From Anaerohalosphaeraceae bacterium (GTDB lineage: Bacteria > Planctomycetota > Phycisphaerae > Sedimentisphaerales > Anaerohalosphaeraceae), in NCBI GenBank assembly GCA_050309605.1, contig JBNRMN010000009.1, positions 1 to 36,278 of the forward strand: 36,278 nucleotides of DNA. The letters are read 5' to 3'. The notes under the pieces were generated by a model, which worked only from the letters and a program-made list of their open reading frames with translations, did no database searches and was not told where the DNA came from. Positions 9,001 to 16,850 of this stretch are shown here, one piece after another. Within the stretch, counting starts at the first letter, position 1, and each line of letters opens with the position of its first letter. Made by a program: the position numbers and the translations under genes.

Positions 9001-9244
9001 AGACCGCCTGAGCGCGATTGACATACAAACACCATAGCGGCACACCATCCGGGCCGCCGATACCGGGCAGAAAACTCGCAAAGGCAGGCTTCGTGTCGTA
9101 ATGACGAATTTGAAACTGCCCGAAATCACCCAGCGCATAATCGGTTGACCGATCCGTTTTGTCCGCTTTCGAAATCCCGTGCGCAAGGCCCGCCCGCTCC
9201 GACCCTGGTCCCGACTTGTCTGAAGGCGCTGTTTTCATCCCCAT
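6002..9244 (-). CDS. Glycoside phosphorylase, GH161-like (putative beta-1,3-glucan phosphorylase)
   Basis: 1080 aa, no signal peptide; [24 protein letters not shown]..KD...EF.[80 protein letters not shown].TAEF. It lies next to GH16 and a sugar MFS. Confidence 0.8.
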   Translation of the reverse strand: [1080 protein letters not shown]

Positions 9245-9247
9245 GCC

Positions 9248-10396
9248 TCAATACGATCTTTGCCTGTCGCTTCGGGCGACAATCGAAGTGCCATCGGGAC
9301 GGGCGGTGGTTTTACGAATGACCAGTTTTTCCGGCAGGACGATATGTCTGCTGTCGGCGCCGGAGTTTCGAATCTGCTCCAAAAGCAGCTCGGCCGCGAT
9401 TCGTCCCATCGCCGCCGCGTTCAGATCGATAAACGTCAGCCCCGGACTCATCACCCGATTGGCATATTCATCGCAAAAACAGATCAGGCTAAGCTGTTCA
9501 GGTACCGAAATGCCCAGCGTATGAGCGGCCTGCAGCAGATGCAGTCCGCCCATGTGGCCATACGCCAGAATCGCTGTTACCCCGCGTTCAAACACTTTTC
9601 GCTTCAAATACGCCTCCGCCGATCCGGTCTTGTCATGATCGCTGACGATCGGTTCCAGCCCGCGGCGCTCCATCGTCTCGACATACGCGGCATAGCGATC
9701 CTGAAGACTGCTGTGGCTGACCAGAACATCGGCTTCCAGGCCGCAGTCGTCGTGCGCGACACCGATCGGCGGCTGAGCCGAGGTCTGTGTCGAATACGGC
9801 GGCAGCGGGCCGCTGTACGCAATGCGGGTATGTCCCAGCTCAATCAGATGCTCCACGGCCAGCCGGGTGCCGCCGATATCATCGGGCGTCACCGAACAGC
9901 CCTCGTGCGGACAGCGACCGTTGACGATGACATACGGAATGCCCATCTGAACAATCTCCTGCATCGTCGGCCGGGTACACTGGGCCAGAATAATCGCCCC
10001 GTCAATGCGCCAGGCGGGCATCTCGCTTTCATCCGGGGCATGACGCGACATATCCACCGTGACGTCGTAGCCGTCGGATACGGTATCCACCACCTGTGCA
10101 ATGTTGTTGACGACCGTTTGATAAATATTGCCCAGATCACTGAGGGCGTGGTTGCCGCCAAAGATATGGATCATTTGGGTCGAATGCATCGTCAAGCTTT
10201 TGGCGATCAGATTTGGCCGATAATTCATTTTTCGCGCCACTTCAATGACCCGCTGACGCACTTCTTCCTTGACCGAAAAGCCATTGCCCAGACGGTTGTT
10301 GAGTATTCGACTGACCGTCGATTTGCTCACGCCCGCCTGCTTGGCGACATCATCGAGGCTCGGCATCCCGCGTTTGACAGAGTGTGATTTAGCCAT
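9248..10396 (-). CDS. LacI-family transcriptional regulator
   Basis: HTH SLDDVAKQAGVSKSTVSRILN; hinge YRPNLIAKSL; sugar-binding domain AVEHLIELGHTRIAY..GISVPEQLSLI..LVIRKTT. Confidence 0.95.
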   Translation of the reverse strand: MAKSHSVKRGMPSLDDVAKQAGVSKSTVSRILNNRLGNGFSVKEEVRQRVIEVARKMNYRPNLIAKSLTMHSTQMIHIFGGNHALSDLGNIYQTVVNNIAQVVDTVSDGYDVTVDMSRHAPDESEMPAWRIDGAIILAQCTRPTMQEIVQMGIPYVIVNGRCPHEGCSVTPDDIGGTRLAVEHLIELGHTRIAYSGPLPPYSTQTSAQPPIGVAHDDCGLEADVLVSHSSLQDRYAAYVETMERRGLEPIVSDHDKTGSAEAYLKRKVFERGVTAILAYGHMGGLHLLQAAHTLGISVPEQLSLICFCDEYANRVMSPGLTFIDLNAAAMGRIAAELLLEQIRNSGADSRHIVLPEKLVIRKTTARPDGTSIVARSDRQRSY

Positions 10397-10409
10397 AATG
10401 TACAGTCTT

Positions 10410-10425
10410 AAGAAACCGGTTGTTT
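10410..10425. promoter_or_regulatory. Candidate LacI operator (autoregulation)
   Basis: AAGAAACCGGTTGTTT, between the lacI start and a minus-strand TATAAT at 10444-10449; matches the motif repeated in this locus. Confidence 0.55.
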
Positions 10426-10536
10426 CAGCAACAGAATCTATTTATTATAGTCTTTTTGCCCCGCAGAATCCAGTAGTTTATCAACTCGTCGGCAATTTGT
10501 CCCCTGAAATCATCATTTCGGCCGCAAAAAAACGCC

Positions 10537-10923
10537 TTACCGCACCAATTTTAACGCATATACGCCTATCTGATTGTTTCCCTGACCACCGTGAAAGAAA
10601 ATTGATATGCCCTTCATCGAGGTGATATCCACCCGTCTGAGACCGTGCTGGTTGCCCCAGTTGGTTCGCGGCTGAAGTGTCTCCAGTTCAAAGCGATACG
10701 TATAACGATCCGCCCTGCCCTGAATCATCGGTATCACAAAACTTTCACCGTCATCGCCGCCGGAGGTATCATATCGCTCGGCGTTCGGCGCATCAACGCC
10801 CGCTTCATCCCAAAAAATGTCAAACACAAGCACCTCGCCGTCGCGCTTCAACTCAATCCGGGCGTCGTCGGCATGATACAATGCAGGATCGTGAATCGGG
10901 ACTTCTGAAAGCACATTGTTCAT
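10537..10923 (-). CDS. Small hypothetical protein, possibly a CBM11/CIA30-like beta-sandwich (may be internally deleted)
   Basis: GGAGGG RBS and a consensus promoter upstream; the C-terminal half (YTYRFELETL..VDITSMKGISIFF..IGVYALKL) resembles the end of galactose-binding-like folds. No signal peptide. Confidence 0.5.
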   Translation of the reverse strand: MNNVLSEVPIHDPALYHADDARIELKRDGEVLVFDIFWDEAGVDAPNAERYDTSGGDDGESFVIPMIQGRADRYTYRFELETLQPRTNWGNQHGLRRVDITSMKGISIFFHGGQGNNQIGVYALKLVR

Positions 10924-10958
10924 GAACCATGTTTCCCTCCGTTCACTTTCATGCTCAT

Positions 10959-11001
10959 TAGAAACCGTTTGCTATTATATCGTTTTTATTTTTTATGTCA
11001 A
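10959..11001 (-). promoter_or_regulatory. Consensus sigma70 promoter with an overlapping candidate LacI operator
   Basis: Minus strand TTGACA(11001-10996)-16 nt-TATAAT(10979-10974); near-palindrome TAGAAACCGTTTGCTA at 10959-10974 covers the predicted +1. Confidence 0.75.
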
Positions 11002-11008
11002 GTCTCTG

Positions 11009-11084
11009 TTGACAACTTATGGGGGGGGGGTGCTATATTTTCGCCGGTTAATGCCATACAGCGGATGATAAAAACCGGTCTATG
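11009..11084 (+). promoter_or_regulatory. MFS promoter with a G10 tract in the spacer, plus a weak operator copy
   Basis: TTGACA(11009-11014)-ACTTAT-G10-TGC-TATATT(11034-11039), 19-nt spacer; TAAAAACCGGTCTATG at 11069-11084. Confidence 0.6.
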
Positions 11085-11104
11085 ACACAAAAAAAGAGGA
11101 CGCC

Positions 11105-12556
11105 ATGAGCCATTTAACCCATTATATCACAGCCCCCGAAGACCGCATCCCCATCCAACAAAAAACCGCTTATGCCGTCGGGATGTTCGTCAACAACTTA
11201 CAGGCAGCCGCGTTGCCGGCAATGGTAGTGATTTTGAATCTGGGCCTGGGTATGGATCCGTTGCTGGTCGGCCTGATCGCCGCGATTCCCCGCATTTTCG
11301 ACGCCGTTTCAGATCCGATGGTGGGCTATATCTCGGACAACGCACGAACCCGATGGGGCCGACGCAAACCGTTTATCTTTGTCGGGGCGCTGCTTGCGGG
11401 GCTGATCTTTGCCCTGATGTGGCAACTGCCCGAAGGGCACAGTCAGGCCTTTTATTTCTGGACCTTTTTGGCCGCCTCGATTTGCTTTTTTTTGGCCTAT
11501 ACGGTCTATGCGACACCCTTTGTGGCCTTCGGTTACGAAATGACTCCGGATTATCACGAACGCACGCGCCTGCACGCCTTCGCCAACACGGTCGGGCAGA
11601 TCGCCTGGCTCGGCGTGCCGTGGTTTTATGCCATCATGGCCAATGAAAAGCTGTTCACGGACACCGTCCACGGCGCCAGGACATTGGCGATCGGCGTCGG
11701 CGTCACTGTGGCCGTGCTGGGGATTGTCCCGGCCGTATTCTGTCGAGAGAACTATGCCTCGTTGGGTCCCGTTGAACACCGTAAAGGGTTTTGGGGTAAT
11801 ATGAAAGAATTCTTCAGAGGGATCGGGACCACCTTTCGGTGCAAGCCCTTTGTCAAATTATGCGCGGCCACCTTTCTTGTTTTCAACGGGTTCCAGCTTG
11901 GTATGTCCTTTTCAATCTATGTCATGATATATTATCTGTTTAACGGCAGCGACGCCGAGGCCGGCAAACTCCTGGGCTGGTTCGGGATGCTGACCTCGAT
12001 TGCCACCTTAGGCGTGATCCAACTGACCGGCTGGGTAGCAACTCGAATTGGAAAACGCAATACCTTTCTGATAACCATTTCGTTGTCCATTGTCGGATAC
12101 GCCCTTAAATGGATTGGTTACAATCCTGAATATCCCTATTGGCTGCTTTTTGCCGCCCCGTTTGTGGCCTTTGGAACCGGCTCGCTGTTTACATTGATGG
12201 GGTCGATGATCTCCGACGTCTGCGATTATGACGAACTTCAGACGCAGCAGCGACGCGAAGGCGTCTTTGGCGCGATTTACTGGTGGATGGTGAAAATCGG
12301 GATGGCGATGGCGGGGCTGTTGACCGGTGTTTTGCTGAAAACTTCCGGCTTTGATGTGGCCCTCGAAGCCGCCCAGTCGGATCACACACTGCTGCTCTTG
12401 AGAGTGTTCGACGTGGGTATCCCGATTGTGACCTCAGCAATCGCAATCGGTATCATTGCAACGTACACCATTACTGAAAAAAAGGCCTACGAGATTCGCG
12501 CGGAACTGGAGCGGCGGCGCGGCAAAGTGACCGTATCAACACCGGATTCGGAATAA
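11105..12556 (+). CDS. MFS sugar:cation symporter, GPH (MelB/UidB) family
   Basis: GAGG RBS; about 12 TM segments; RIFDAVSDPMVGYISDNARTRWGRRKPF, EMTPDYHERTRL, SMISDVCDYDEL.T..RREG.F. Confidence 0.92.
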   Translation: MSHLTHYITAPEDRIPIQQKTAYAVGMFVNNLQAAALPAMVVILNLGLGMDPLLVGLIAAIPRIFDAVSDPMVGYISDNARTRWGRRKPFIFVGALLAGLIFALMWQLPEGHSQAFYFWTFLAASICFFLAYTVYATPFVAFGYEMTPDYHERTRLHAFANTVGQIAWLGVPWFYAIMANEKLFTDTVHGARTLAIGVGVTVAVLGIVPAVFCRENYASLGPVEHRKGFWGNMKEFFRGIGTTFRCKPFVKLCAATFLVFNGFQLGMSFSIYVMIYYLFNGSDAEAGKLLGWFGMLTSIATLGVIQLTGWVATRIGKRNTFLITISLSIVGYALKWIGYNPEYPYWLLFAAPFVAFGTGSLFTLMGSMISDVCDYDELQTQQRREGVFGAIYWWMVKIGMAMAGLLTGVLLKTSGFDVALEAAQSDHTLLLLRVFDVGIPIVTSAIAIGIIATYTITEKKAYEIRAELERRRGKVTVSTPDSE

Positions 12557-12669
12557 CAACCGAAGACATCAAGAAAGCGACACATATGCAGAAACGCATT
12601 TCAGTCTGTTGACGGTCAGCGGCCTGCGCATACCGATTCGGGCCGGCGGCGAGCCGTTGCCGATTTCTG

Positions 12670-12700
12670 AAAAAAGGCCGGAGAGCACATCCCCGGCCTT
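12670..12700 (-). terminator. Intrinsic terminator of the 14142->12760 gene
   Basis: Minus strand AAGGCCGGGG-ATGTGCTC-TCCGGCC-TTTTTT. Confidence 0.7.
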
Positions 12701-12759
12701 GCATTGACTTACACTTCCATCGGCGCCTCACCATACCGCTTCCATCGGCGCCGCGGCGG

Positions 12760-14142
12760 CTACGGCATACAGCCGAGCTTTTCGCTCATACATCCCAGCC
12801 AGTCGGCGGCAAGAATCGCCAGATCGTTCAGATCAACCGTACAATTTCCGTCCAGATCGCCGGAGAACGGCACATCAGCCGGATCGGCAAAGGCAGCCTG
12901 GCAGGCGTCCGCATAGACGCCGACATTCACCACATCCGAAGTCGAGCCGACGGCATCCTCAGCCGTCAGGACAAAGTAGAACCACCCCGTATTGTCAAGG
13001 GTCACCGTTGTCGTATGGGTATTCAGTCCGTCTTCAGGCTGGTCAATGATGGCCACGGGGTTATGAATCGTCACCACCGTTGCCGGATCGGTTTCCGTCA
13101 GGGCCGTATCCAGCGACCAGGTCATCGTCAGCGGACTCTTGCCGTCATCGACCACCGAACCGGACAGCGTCAATGTAACCTGTCCCGGCTCATTGGTGTC
13201 CATCCCCAGCCAGAGATACTGATCCGACCCGGCATCCGCATGTCGCGGCGCCGCATCAAACGTATTGAAATACCAGGTAAAGCCCTCAATGACGCCAGCG
13301 GTTGGATCGTTGATATGCACCGCCCAGTAATAGTACTTTTCAGGCTGAACGGGATAGCCTGCCTCGATCAAATTGACCGACTCGGCGGTGATGCCATCGG
13401 CCACCTGCACAACCCCCGCCTCAATCACATCCGGGCCGAGATTCGGGTCATAGAGCAGAGTCTGGTCGCTTTCAAGAATAAAAACATCGGCGGTAAGCGT
13501 ATCGCCCGGACGATTGGGATCCGGATTGGTCCAGCTAAGCACAGGATCGGCAGGAAGCAGCGGATCCCCCACGGCCGGAACCGGTTTCAATGCCGGCGTC
13601 CGCCCGTCCGGAAAACCGATTCGGACATTGTCATACCCATAGAGGGCCACGCCGCGACCATTGTAGTTGACATTGGTGACAACAAATTTCAATGATTCGG
13701 CGTTTGAGGGGATCGTATAATTAAAGGAATACGTTTGCCAACTGCCGGTAACGGCAAATTCGGAGGCGGCTTCCCCAAGCAGACCGCTGTTCCATGACTC
13801 AATCTTCAGCCCGACGGCGGTGTTGTTGCCGGCTGACCCCAGATCAATGATATCGACCGTCGGCGAAATCGTCGTTCCGACGGGAATTCCCCATTCAGCC
13901 AAACTCTCGGTGCCGACCTGGTACCACACCGACCAGGTGTTGTCGGAAGATTGAAGGGTAACATAACCGCCTGGGTTGCCGCCGGTCGCGGTATGCCCGG
14001 GCACCCAGGGACCGCCGCCGCCGGCGGCGTTCCAGTCGGCCGCATTGATGTCAAAGCCGCCGTTGTTGACCAACAGCGCATAAGCCGGCATCCCCGTGAC
14101 GGCGGCCGCCAGCACACCGACCACAAAACACATCCGTCTCAT
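12760..14142 (-). CDS. Exported modular protein: CBM-like beta-sandwich, Ig/PKD-like domains, C-terminal dockerin-like module
   Basis: AGGAGG RBS before ATG 14142; signal ending ..PAYA; LVNNGGFD..WQTYSFNYTIPS..YDNVRI (CBM4/9-like); YYWAV..G.TW.F.T; ADAG.DQ..L.GSV.DDG..TW; GDLDGNCTVDLNDLAILAADWL.C. Confidence 0.75.
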   Translation of the reverse strand: MRRMCFVVGVLAAAVTGMPAYALLVNNGGFDINAADWNAAGGGGPWVPGHTATGGNPGGYVTLQSSDNTWSVWYQVGTESLAEWGIPVGTTISPTVDIIDLGSAGNNTAVGLKIESWNSGLLGEAASEFAVTGSWQTYSFNYTIPSNAESLKFVVTNVNYNGRGVALYGYDNVRIGFPDGRTPALKPVPAVGDPLLPADPVLSWTNPDPNRPGDTLTADVFILESDQTLLYDPNLGPDVIEAGVVQVADGITAESVNLIEAGYPVQPEKYYYWAVHINDPTAGVIEGFTWYFNTFDAAPRHADAGSDQYLWLGMDTNEPGQVTLTLSGSVVDDGKSPLTMTWSLDTALTETDPATVVTIHNPVAIIDQPEDGLNTHTTTVTLDNTGWFYFVLTAEDAVGSTSDVVNVGVYADACQAAFADPADVPFSGDLDGNCTVDLNDLAILAADWLGCMSEKLGCMP

Positions 14143-14255
14143 CGCATTACCTCCTAAAAAAGTAGTAAATTGTTGTTTTCTTCCCTGTACCTGACCTGAC
14201 AACCTCAATGACCTTCTTAACCGCATCATCCGCCTCAACTGTAACGATGGAGTTG

Positions 14256-14284
14256 ACTATATCCGATTCGTTCACCCAACGCAA
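14256..14284 (-). promoter_or_regulatory. Sigma70-type promoter
   Basis: Minus strand TTGCGT-17 nt-TATAGT. Confidence 0.55.
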
Positions 14285-14318
14285 GAAAAAATACGCGGCA
14301 AACTTGAAAATTTCACCA

Positions 14319-14334
14319 TAACAATCGGTTGCTA
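14319..14334. promoter_or_regulatory. Candidate LacI operator
   Basis: TAACAATCGGTTGCTA near-palindrome in the divergent intergenic region. Confidence 0.65.
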
Positions 14335-14437
14335 CTGGGCATGTTCTTGTGGCGTATCGCCGTAGTCCTGATGAAAAAAGGACTTGGAAATTTCCGACAT
14401 CGTTTTGTGAAATTTTTTTATTTCGGCAAAAAAATGC

Positions 14438-14493
14438 TTGACAATGCCGAAAAAATTGGTTATTTTTGATAAAAACCGATTGCTAAGCAATCG
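14438..14493 (+). promoter_or_regulatory. Sigma70 promoter with a candidate LacI operator at +1
   Basis: TTGACA(14438-14443)-17 nt-TATTTT(14461-14466); TAAAAACCGATTGCTA at 14470-14485, followed by an extra half-site AGCAATCG. Confidence 0.7.
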
Positions 14494-14530
14494 TGTTGAT
14501 ACAATTCCATTCACTTTTTTAGGAGGCAGT

Positions 14531-15181
14531 ATGATGAGAAACGCAGCGGTCATTTTAGGGGTTTTGTGTCTTATCGGAGTCGCGCAGGCGGATTTGGTCA
14601 TCAATGGCGCCGACCCCGGCGCGGCCTGGGCCGGATGGATGAATGTCTTCGAACTCGATCAGACCTATCTGTGGGGCAGTGCTTGGGGGGCGGCGGACCT
14701 TCGAGCCACCTTCGACGACAACGGCGTGCTGACCCTCGCACCGAACACGAATGTCTGGAACCCGGAGGATGCTTACTGGGTCAAGCCGGATAACACGGGC
14801 AACAAAATCATGGAAGCCAACTTCATGCAGGAATTCGGCGGAGGCGCCCTTGCCGGCCAGACGGTTACTTTCAACTATATCGTGGGAACCCATACCCTGT
14901 CGGATGATTATACAGCGCGAGCGTTCATCAAAGTGCTGGATCCGGACGCCGGCTGGGCCACCGTTCAGTATGAATGGCTGGAACTGACCCCCGGCCCCGG
15001 GAGCCTTTCCCTGGCCATTGACAATATCGCCAACGCTCATACGCAGATCGGATTCTCACTGATGGGTGTACCGGTCGATCCGGCTGGTCCTGCGGCCGCC
15101 ACCGGCGTGACCATCATTCCTGAGCCGGCATCGCTGGCCCTGTTGGCACTGGGAACGGTCCTGCTGCGGCGACGAATGTAA
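14531..15181 (+). CDS. PEP-CTERM surface protein with a Trp-rich domain of unknown function
   Basis: AGGAGG RBS; signal ending ..VAQA; WAGWMNVFEL..YLWGSAWG..DLRA..LTLAPNTN.W..YW..GNKIMEAN; IPEPASLALLALGTVLLRRRM. Confidence 0.85.
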   Translation: MMRNAAVILGVLCLIGVAQADLVINGADPGAAWAGWMNVFELDQTYLWGSAWGAADLRATFDDNGVLTLAPNTNVWNPEDAYWVKPDNTGNKIMEANFMQEFGGGALAGQTVTFNYIVGTHTLSDDYTARAFIKVLDPDAGWATVQYEWLELTPGPGSLSLAIDNIANAHTQIGFSLMGVPVDPAGPAAATGVTIIPEPASLALLALGTVLLRRRM

Positions 15182-15209
15182 TGCCATCTATCACGGCATG
15201 GCTGAATCG

Positions 15210-15254
15210 TACAGACCGGAATAATCAGAAAATGAGCGTTCCGGTCTGTATTGT
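15210..15254 (+). terminator. Intergenic 12-bp hairpin (terminator or attenuator between the PEP-CTERM gene and GH16)
   Basis: TACAGACCGGAA-17 nt-TTCCGGTCTGTA, followed by TTGT. Confidence 0.5.
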
Positions 15255-15302
15255 GTAACTGATATCCTAAGTTTTGTTCCATCGGGGGGCGCAAGCAAGC
15301 CT

Positions 15303-16709
15303 ATGAAACAACCAACGACGACACACGTTCGCAATACGGTTTATCTGCTGTGTGTGCTGTTTGTCTCGGGCGTCTGTCTGCCGCAGGCCGTCTATCCGCG
15401 AGGGGATTTTAACCGAGACGGCTGGGTGAACCTAAATGATCTGCTGATTCTGGCCGAATACTGGCTGGAAAACGATTCGCCGGCTTGCGCCGGCGATGCC
15501 ACAGGGAACTGCCGCGTCCGATTTGCAGACTTTGCAATCATGGCCCAACATTGGGACACGCTGTATTGCAGCCCGGTATCCGCCGCTGCGTCGAGCCGGG
15601 AAAACAGCTCTCTCTCGGCCGAGAAGGTGGTGGACGGCACGCTGGCAACACGCTGGTCAAGCGCATTTCAGGACAACCAATGGCTGGAGCTGGATATGGG
15701 GCAGCTTCGCACCCTAACCGGCCTTTGCATCTTTTGGGAAGACGCATACGCCGCCCGATACAACATCGAAACCTCCGTTGACCGAATCCACTGGACGCGC
15801 GTCTATACCAACGACAACGCCGCGGGGCATCTCAATGATATTTCGTTTGCGCCGATCATCGCTCAATACATCCGAATCAACTGTCTCCAGCGGGCCACCT
15901 CGTGGGGGTTTTCGATTTATGAAGTGTTTGTCAAGACCGACGACGACTGCCTGGCCGCCGGTCAGTGGGAACTGGTCTGGTCGGATGAATTCACCGACCC
16001 AACAATCAATCCGGACAACTGGACCTTTGAGATCGGCACCGGGAACTGGGGCTGGGGAAACGGGGAGTGGCAATATTACACAAGTCGGCCGGAAAATGCA
16101 CGAATAGAAAACGGCAAACTCGTGATTGAGGCCCGAAAGGAAAACTACGGCAACAGAAATTACACCTCCGCCCGACTCAAAACGCAGGCCAAGCAGACGT
16201 TTCAGTACGGTCGTATTGAAGCACGCATCCAAATGCCGGTCGGCGGACACGGGATATGGCCGGCCTTCTGGATGCTGGGCGAGACCTTTGCCAATGAGGG
16301 ATGGCCCAGATGCGGAGAGATTGATATAGTCGAAATGATGAGCGGTTCGTTGAAGGATAACCGCACGGTCACAGCGGCAATCCATTACGCCGGCCTCAGC
16401 GGAAACCACACCTATCAAAGCGGCACGTGGACCATCAGCAGTCCCTTATCAGAACAGTTCCGCACATATGCAATTGAATGGGATCCTGCGGGCATTCGCT
16501 GGTATCTGGATGATATCAACTACTACACGCGAACGTCCTGGAGCAGCAGCGTCGGGCCGTTTCCCGCACCGTTCAACCAACCGTTCTTTATCATCCTGAA
16601 CTTTGCCGTCGGATCGCACTGGTGGGATCAAAACGTGACCGAGTCCACGGTCCCATTCCCGCAAACCATGGTCGTTGACTACGTGCGGGTGTATCGCAAA
16701 AATGGATGA
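15303..16709 (+). CDS. Secreted GH16 endo-beta-1,3-glucanase (laminarinase-like) with N-terminal dockerin-like module and CBM32 (F5/8 type C)
   Basis: Signal peptide; GDFNRDGWVNLNDL / GDATGNCRVRFADF; ASSRE..VDG...TRWSS..QWLELDMG..WE.AYA..Y; WELVWSDEF, GWGNGEWQYYT, YTSARL, GIWPAFWMLG, catalytic EIDIVE, MVVDYVRVY. Confidence 0.92.
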   Translation: MKQPTTTHVRNTVYLLCVLFVSGVCLPQAVYPRGDFNRDGWVNLNDLLILAEYWLENDSPACAGDATGNCRVRFADFAIMAQHWDTLYCSPVSAAASSRENSSLSAEKVVDGTLATRWSSAFQDNQWLELDMGQLRTLTGLCIFWEDAYAARYNIETSVDRIHWTRVYTNDNAAGHLNDISFAPIIAQYIRINCLQRATSWGFSIYEVFVKTDDDCLAAGQWELVWSDEFTDPTINPDNWTFEIGTGNWGWGNGEWQYYTSRPENARIENGKLVIEARKENYGNRNYTSARLKTQAKQTFQYGRIEARIQMPVGGHGIWPAFWMLGETFANEGWPRCGEIDIVEMMSGSLKDNRTVTAAIHYAGLSGNHTYQSGTWTISSPLSEQFRTYAIEWDPAGIRWYLDDINYYTRTSWSSSVGPFPAPFNQPFFIILNFAVGSHWWDQNVTESTVPFPQTMVVDYVRVYRKNG

Positions 16710-16850
16710 TCCGGTTTGATTTCGTTTTTCTCACCGAAAAAGATTCGAGAACAGCTTTCTGATCTCGATTCTGCAAATCCAAAGGCAATTATTGAACTCA
16801 ACCCCGGCCTCTTGAGAGGATTACACGATGGGTCATCCCATGGATGAGCT

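Noticed and set aside
9260..10387. 375-aa plus-strand ORF, and similar long antisense ORFs (5954-6676, 18208-18954, 19282-20013, 24589-25569, 27367-28230)
   Set aside because: These are shadows of well-supported genes on the opposite strand in GC-rich DNA, with no motifs of their own.
14143..14530. Longer N-termini given by the ORF track (14238, 14438; likewise 1906, 4687, 19341, 20949, 24320, 33597, 36100)
   Set aside because: Downstream ATGs have RBSs and give proper signal peptides; several of the extensions overlap predicted promoters or hairpins.
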